Shown: positions 62,349 to 64,000 of the stretch, piece by piece
Numbering within the stretch: the first letter of the stretch is position 1
Layout: the number at the start of each line of letters is the position of its first letter
Assembly: GCF_006345805.1 (NCBI RefSeq)
Contig: NC_043002.1
Coordinates: forward strand, 7,688,001-7,752,000
Direction: 5' to 3'
DNA from: Octopus sinensis
Taxonomy: Eukaryota
Length of the DNA: 64,000 nucleotides
The notes under the pieces: generated by a model
The model's database searches: none
Seen by the model: the letters and a program-made list of their open reading frames with translations, nothing else
Told to the model about the DNA's origin: nothing
Made by a program: the position numbers and the translations under genes

Positions 62349-62379
62349 TACACTATACACACATGTATATATATTTATA

Positions 62380-62417
<38 letters not shown>

Positions 62418-62519
62418 TATAAATATATTTTTGCACAGATGGGTATACGAATGGTTCACTAAATTACAACAATTGTGCCTATAGAAGAAAGGATTATTGT
62501 TATTGGGGTGGGGTAATCG

Positions 62520-62715
62520 TCACCTCTTCGGGTGAAATGCTTAGCGGCATTTCGTCCGTCTTTACGTTCAGAGTTCAAATTCCGCAGAGGTCGACTTCGC
62601 CATTCATTGCTGCGGAGTCGATAAAATAAGTACCAGTTGAGCACTGGGTATCGATGTAATGGACTTATTCCCACTCCTGAAATTGCTGGCATTGTGCCAA
62701 AATTTGAAACCATTA
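62520..62715 (+). mobile_element. SINE family B, alternative tail ending (ATT)n
   Basis: GAAATGCTTAGCGGCATTTCGTCC...GAGGTCGACTTCGCC...TTGTGCCAAAATTTGAAACCATT. Confidence 0.8.
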
Positions 62716-63249
62716 TTATTATTGTTGTTGTTGTTGTTGTTGTTATTGTTAAATCGGAAAGCTGGCGAAAGCGTGAACTCGTCGGCTATTCGTTGAGTTA
62801 AATAAAATGCTTGGCAGCATTTATTCCGTCTCTTCACGTTCTGAACTTCAAATGCTGCTGAACTCGACTTTGCCTTTCAACTTATGGACGTTGATAAAAT
62901 AAGTGCGATTTCAAGCCTTGTATGAAGTTAAAATCACTCAGGGGTATCTCTGTCATTCAATCGTTATAGGATTCACTACAGCTGTTTAATACCAATTAAC
63001 TACTTGAACTTAGCGACAACAGTCCTTTGTATGATGTCTACACCTAAACTGTCGCCTTATTGCGTCACAAAAGACATCAAATCTATTTCTAAAACACTTT
63101 ATATAACCTCAAAATTATGAAAGGAGAATTACACAAACCCCTATGTAAACATACAAACGCATTCACACATACATGCACACATACATGCCATTGTATAGAC
63201 AGAGATGTACATACGTAAATACACATACACATGTATATATATATATATA

Positions 63250-63480
63250 TTCTTTCTTTTTTTTCTTTTACTTGTTTCAGTCATTTGACTGCAGCCATGC
63301 TGGAGCACCGCCTTCAGGGGTTTTAGTCGATCAAATGAACCCCAGGACTTATTTTTAAGCCCAGCACTTATTATATTTGTCACTTTTGCTGAGCCATTAA
63401 GTTACGGGGATATAAATACACTAACATCGGTTGTCAAGCGGTGATGGGGGGACAAACACGCATACACACACATATATAAT
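63250..63480 (-). mobile_element. SINE family C, 3' part
   Basis: TTTACTTGTTTCAGTCATTTGACTGCAGCCATGCTGGAGCACCGCC. Confidence 0.8.
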
Positions 63481-63520
63481 TGAAAAAATTTGGAGTCAAC
63501 AAGGAGTACGGCTGGATATT

Positions 63521-63799
63521 TATTTTTCAACCACTACAATTGTTTCTACGCAACATAGTTCTCCACGCGTCCAGGTACTAGATTATGCAACCGTTTCCCT
63601 GCATTATGAGATCTAGCTGTGTTTCTTCAGGAGATATGGAAATACTGTCTCCGTAATTTCAACTTACGGAGACAATATATAAATATCGCCTGAGGAAACA
63701 CATCTAGATCTCATAATGCAGGGAAACGATTGCATAATCGAGTACCTGCACGCCTGGACAACTATGTTGCGCAGAAACAATTGTAGTGGTTGAAAAATA
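63521..63799. mobile_element. Palindromic element (~125-bp arms), each arm ending in GAAAC-AATT-GTA
   Basis: TATTTTTCAACCACTACAATTGTTTC... is mirrored by ...GAAACAATTGTAGTGGTTGAAAAATA. Confidence 0.8.
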
Positions 63800-63966
63800 G
63801 ATGTTCAACCGTACTCCTTCTATTCACATACTACAAATGCTCAAACGCAAGCCTGAAAGTACGCATGGTACTACTACTGAAAGGCACAAGGTGAAATCTG
63901 AAGATGGACAAGCTTTATACTGTACTCTGCTATGTTCTTAACAGAATATACCATTATATATATATA

Positions 63967-64000
<34 letters not shown>

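Overview
AT-rich eukaryotic (metazoan) genomic DNA with a 100-N assembly gap at 44618-44717. The SINE types and dense (TA)n/(GATA)n/(TACA)n/(AAT)n microsatellites suggest an octopod cephalopod; this is inference from family resemblance, not a database hit. No complete host gene is visible. There are only a few candidate minus-strand exons: an open 167-nt exon at 3134-3300 and a trypsin-like CG...RIVGG segment near 43945-44215. Most long ORFs in the track are microsatellite artefacts. The window is dominated by retroelements: three tRNA-headed SINE families (here called A, B, C); Tx1/L1-clade LINE fragments; R4/Dong-type restriction-endonuclease LINE fragments; RTE and CR1-like fragments; MITEs; and a Helentron-like element. 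Four patterns stand out. (1) About a dozen short non-coding, often fold-back elements carry type I hammerhead ribozyme motifs of the Penelope-element kind. Two are canonical by eye (8464-8547 +, 40264-40346 -), and some families share variant cores. (2) A Tx1 LINE sits next to (TATC)n at both ends in all three copies, and its 3' end matches the tail of SINE-B. (3) R4/Dong LINEs and a ~560-bp non-coding passenger element are stacked co-directionally in (AAT)n tracts. (4) SINE-B forms head-truncated 184-bp tandem arrays with a recurrent junction. All calls were made by eye, without tools.
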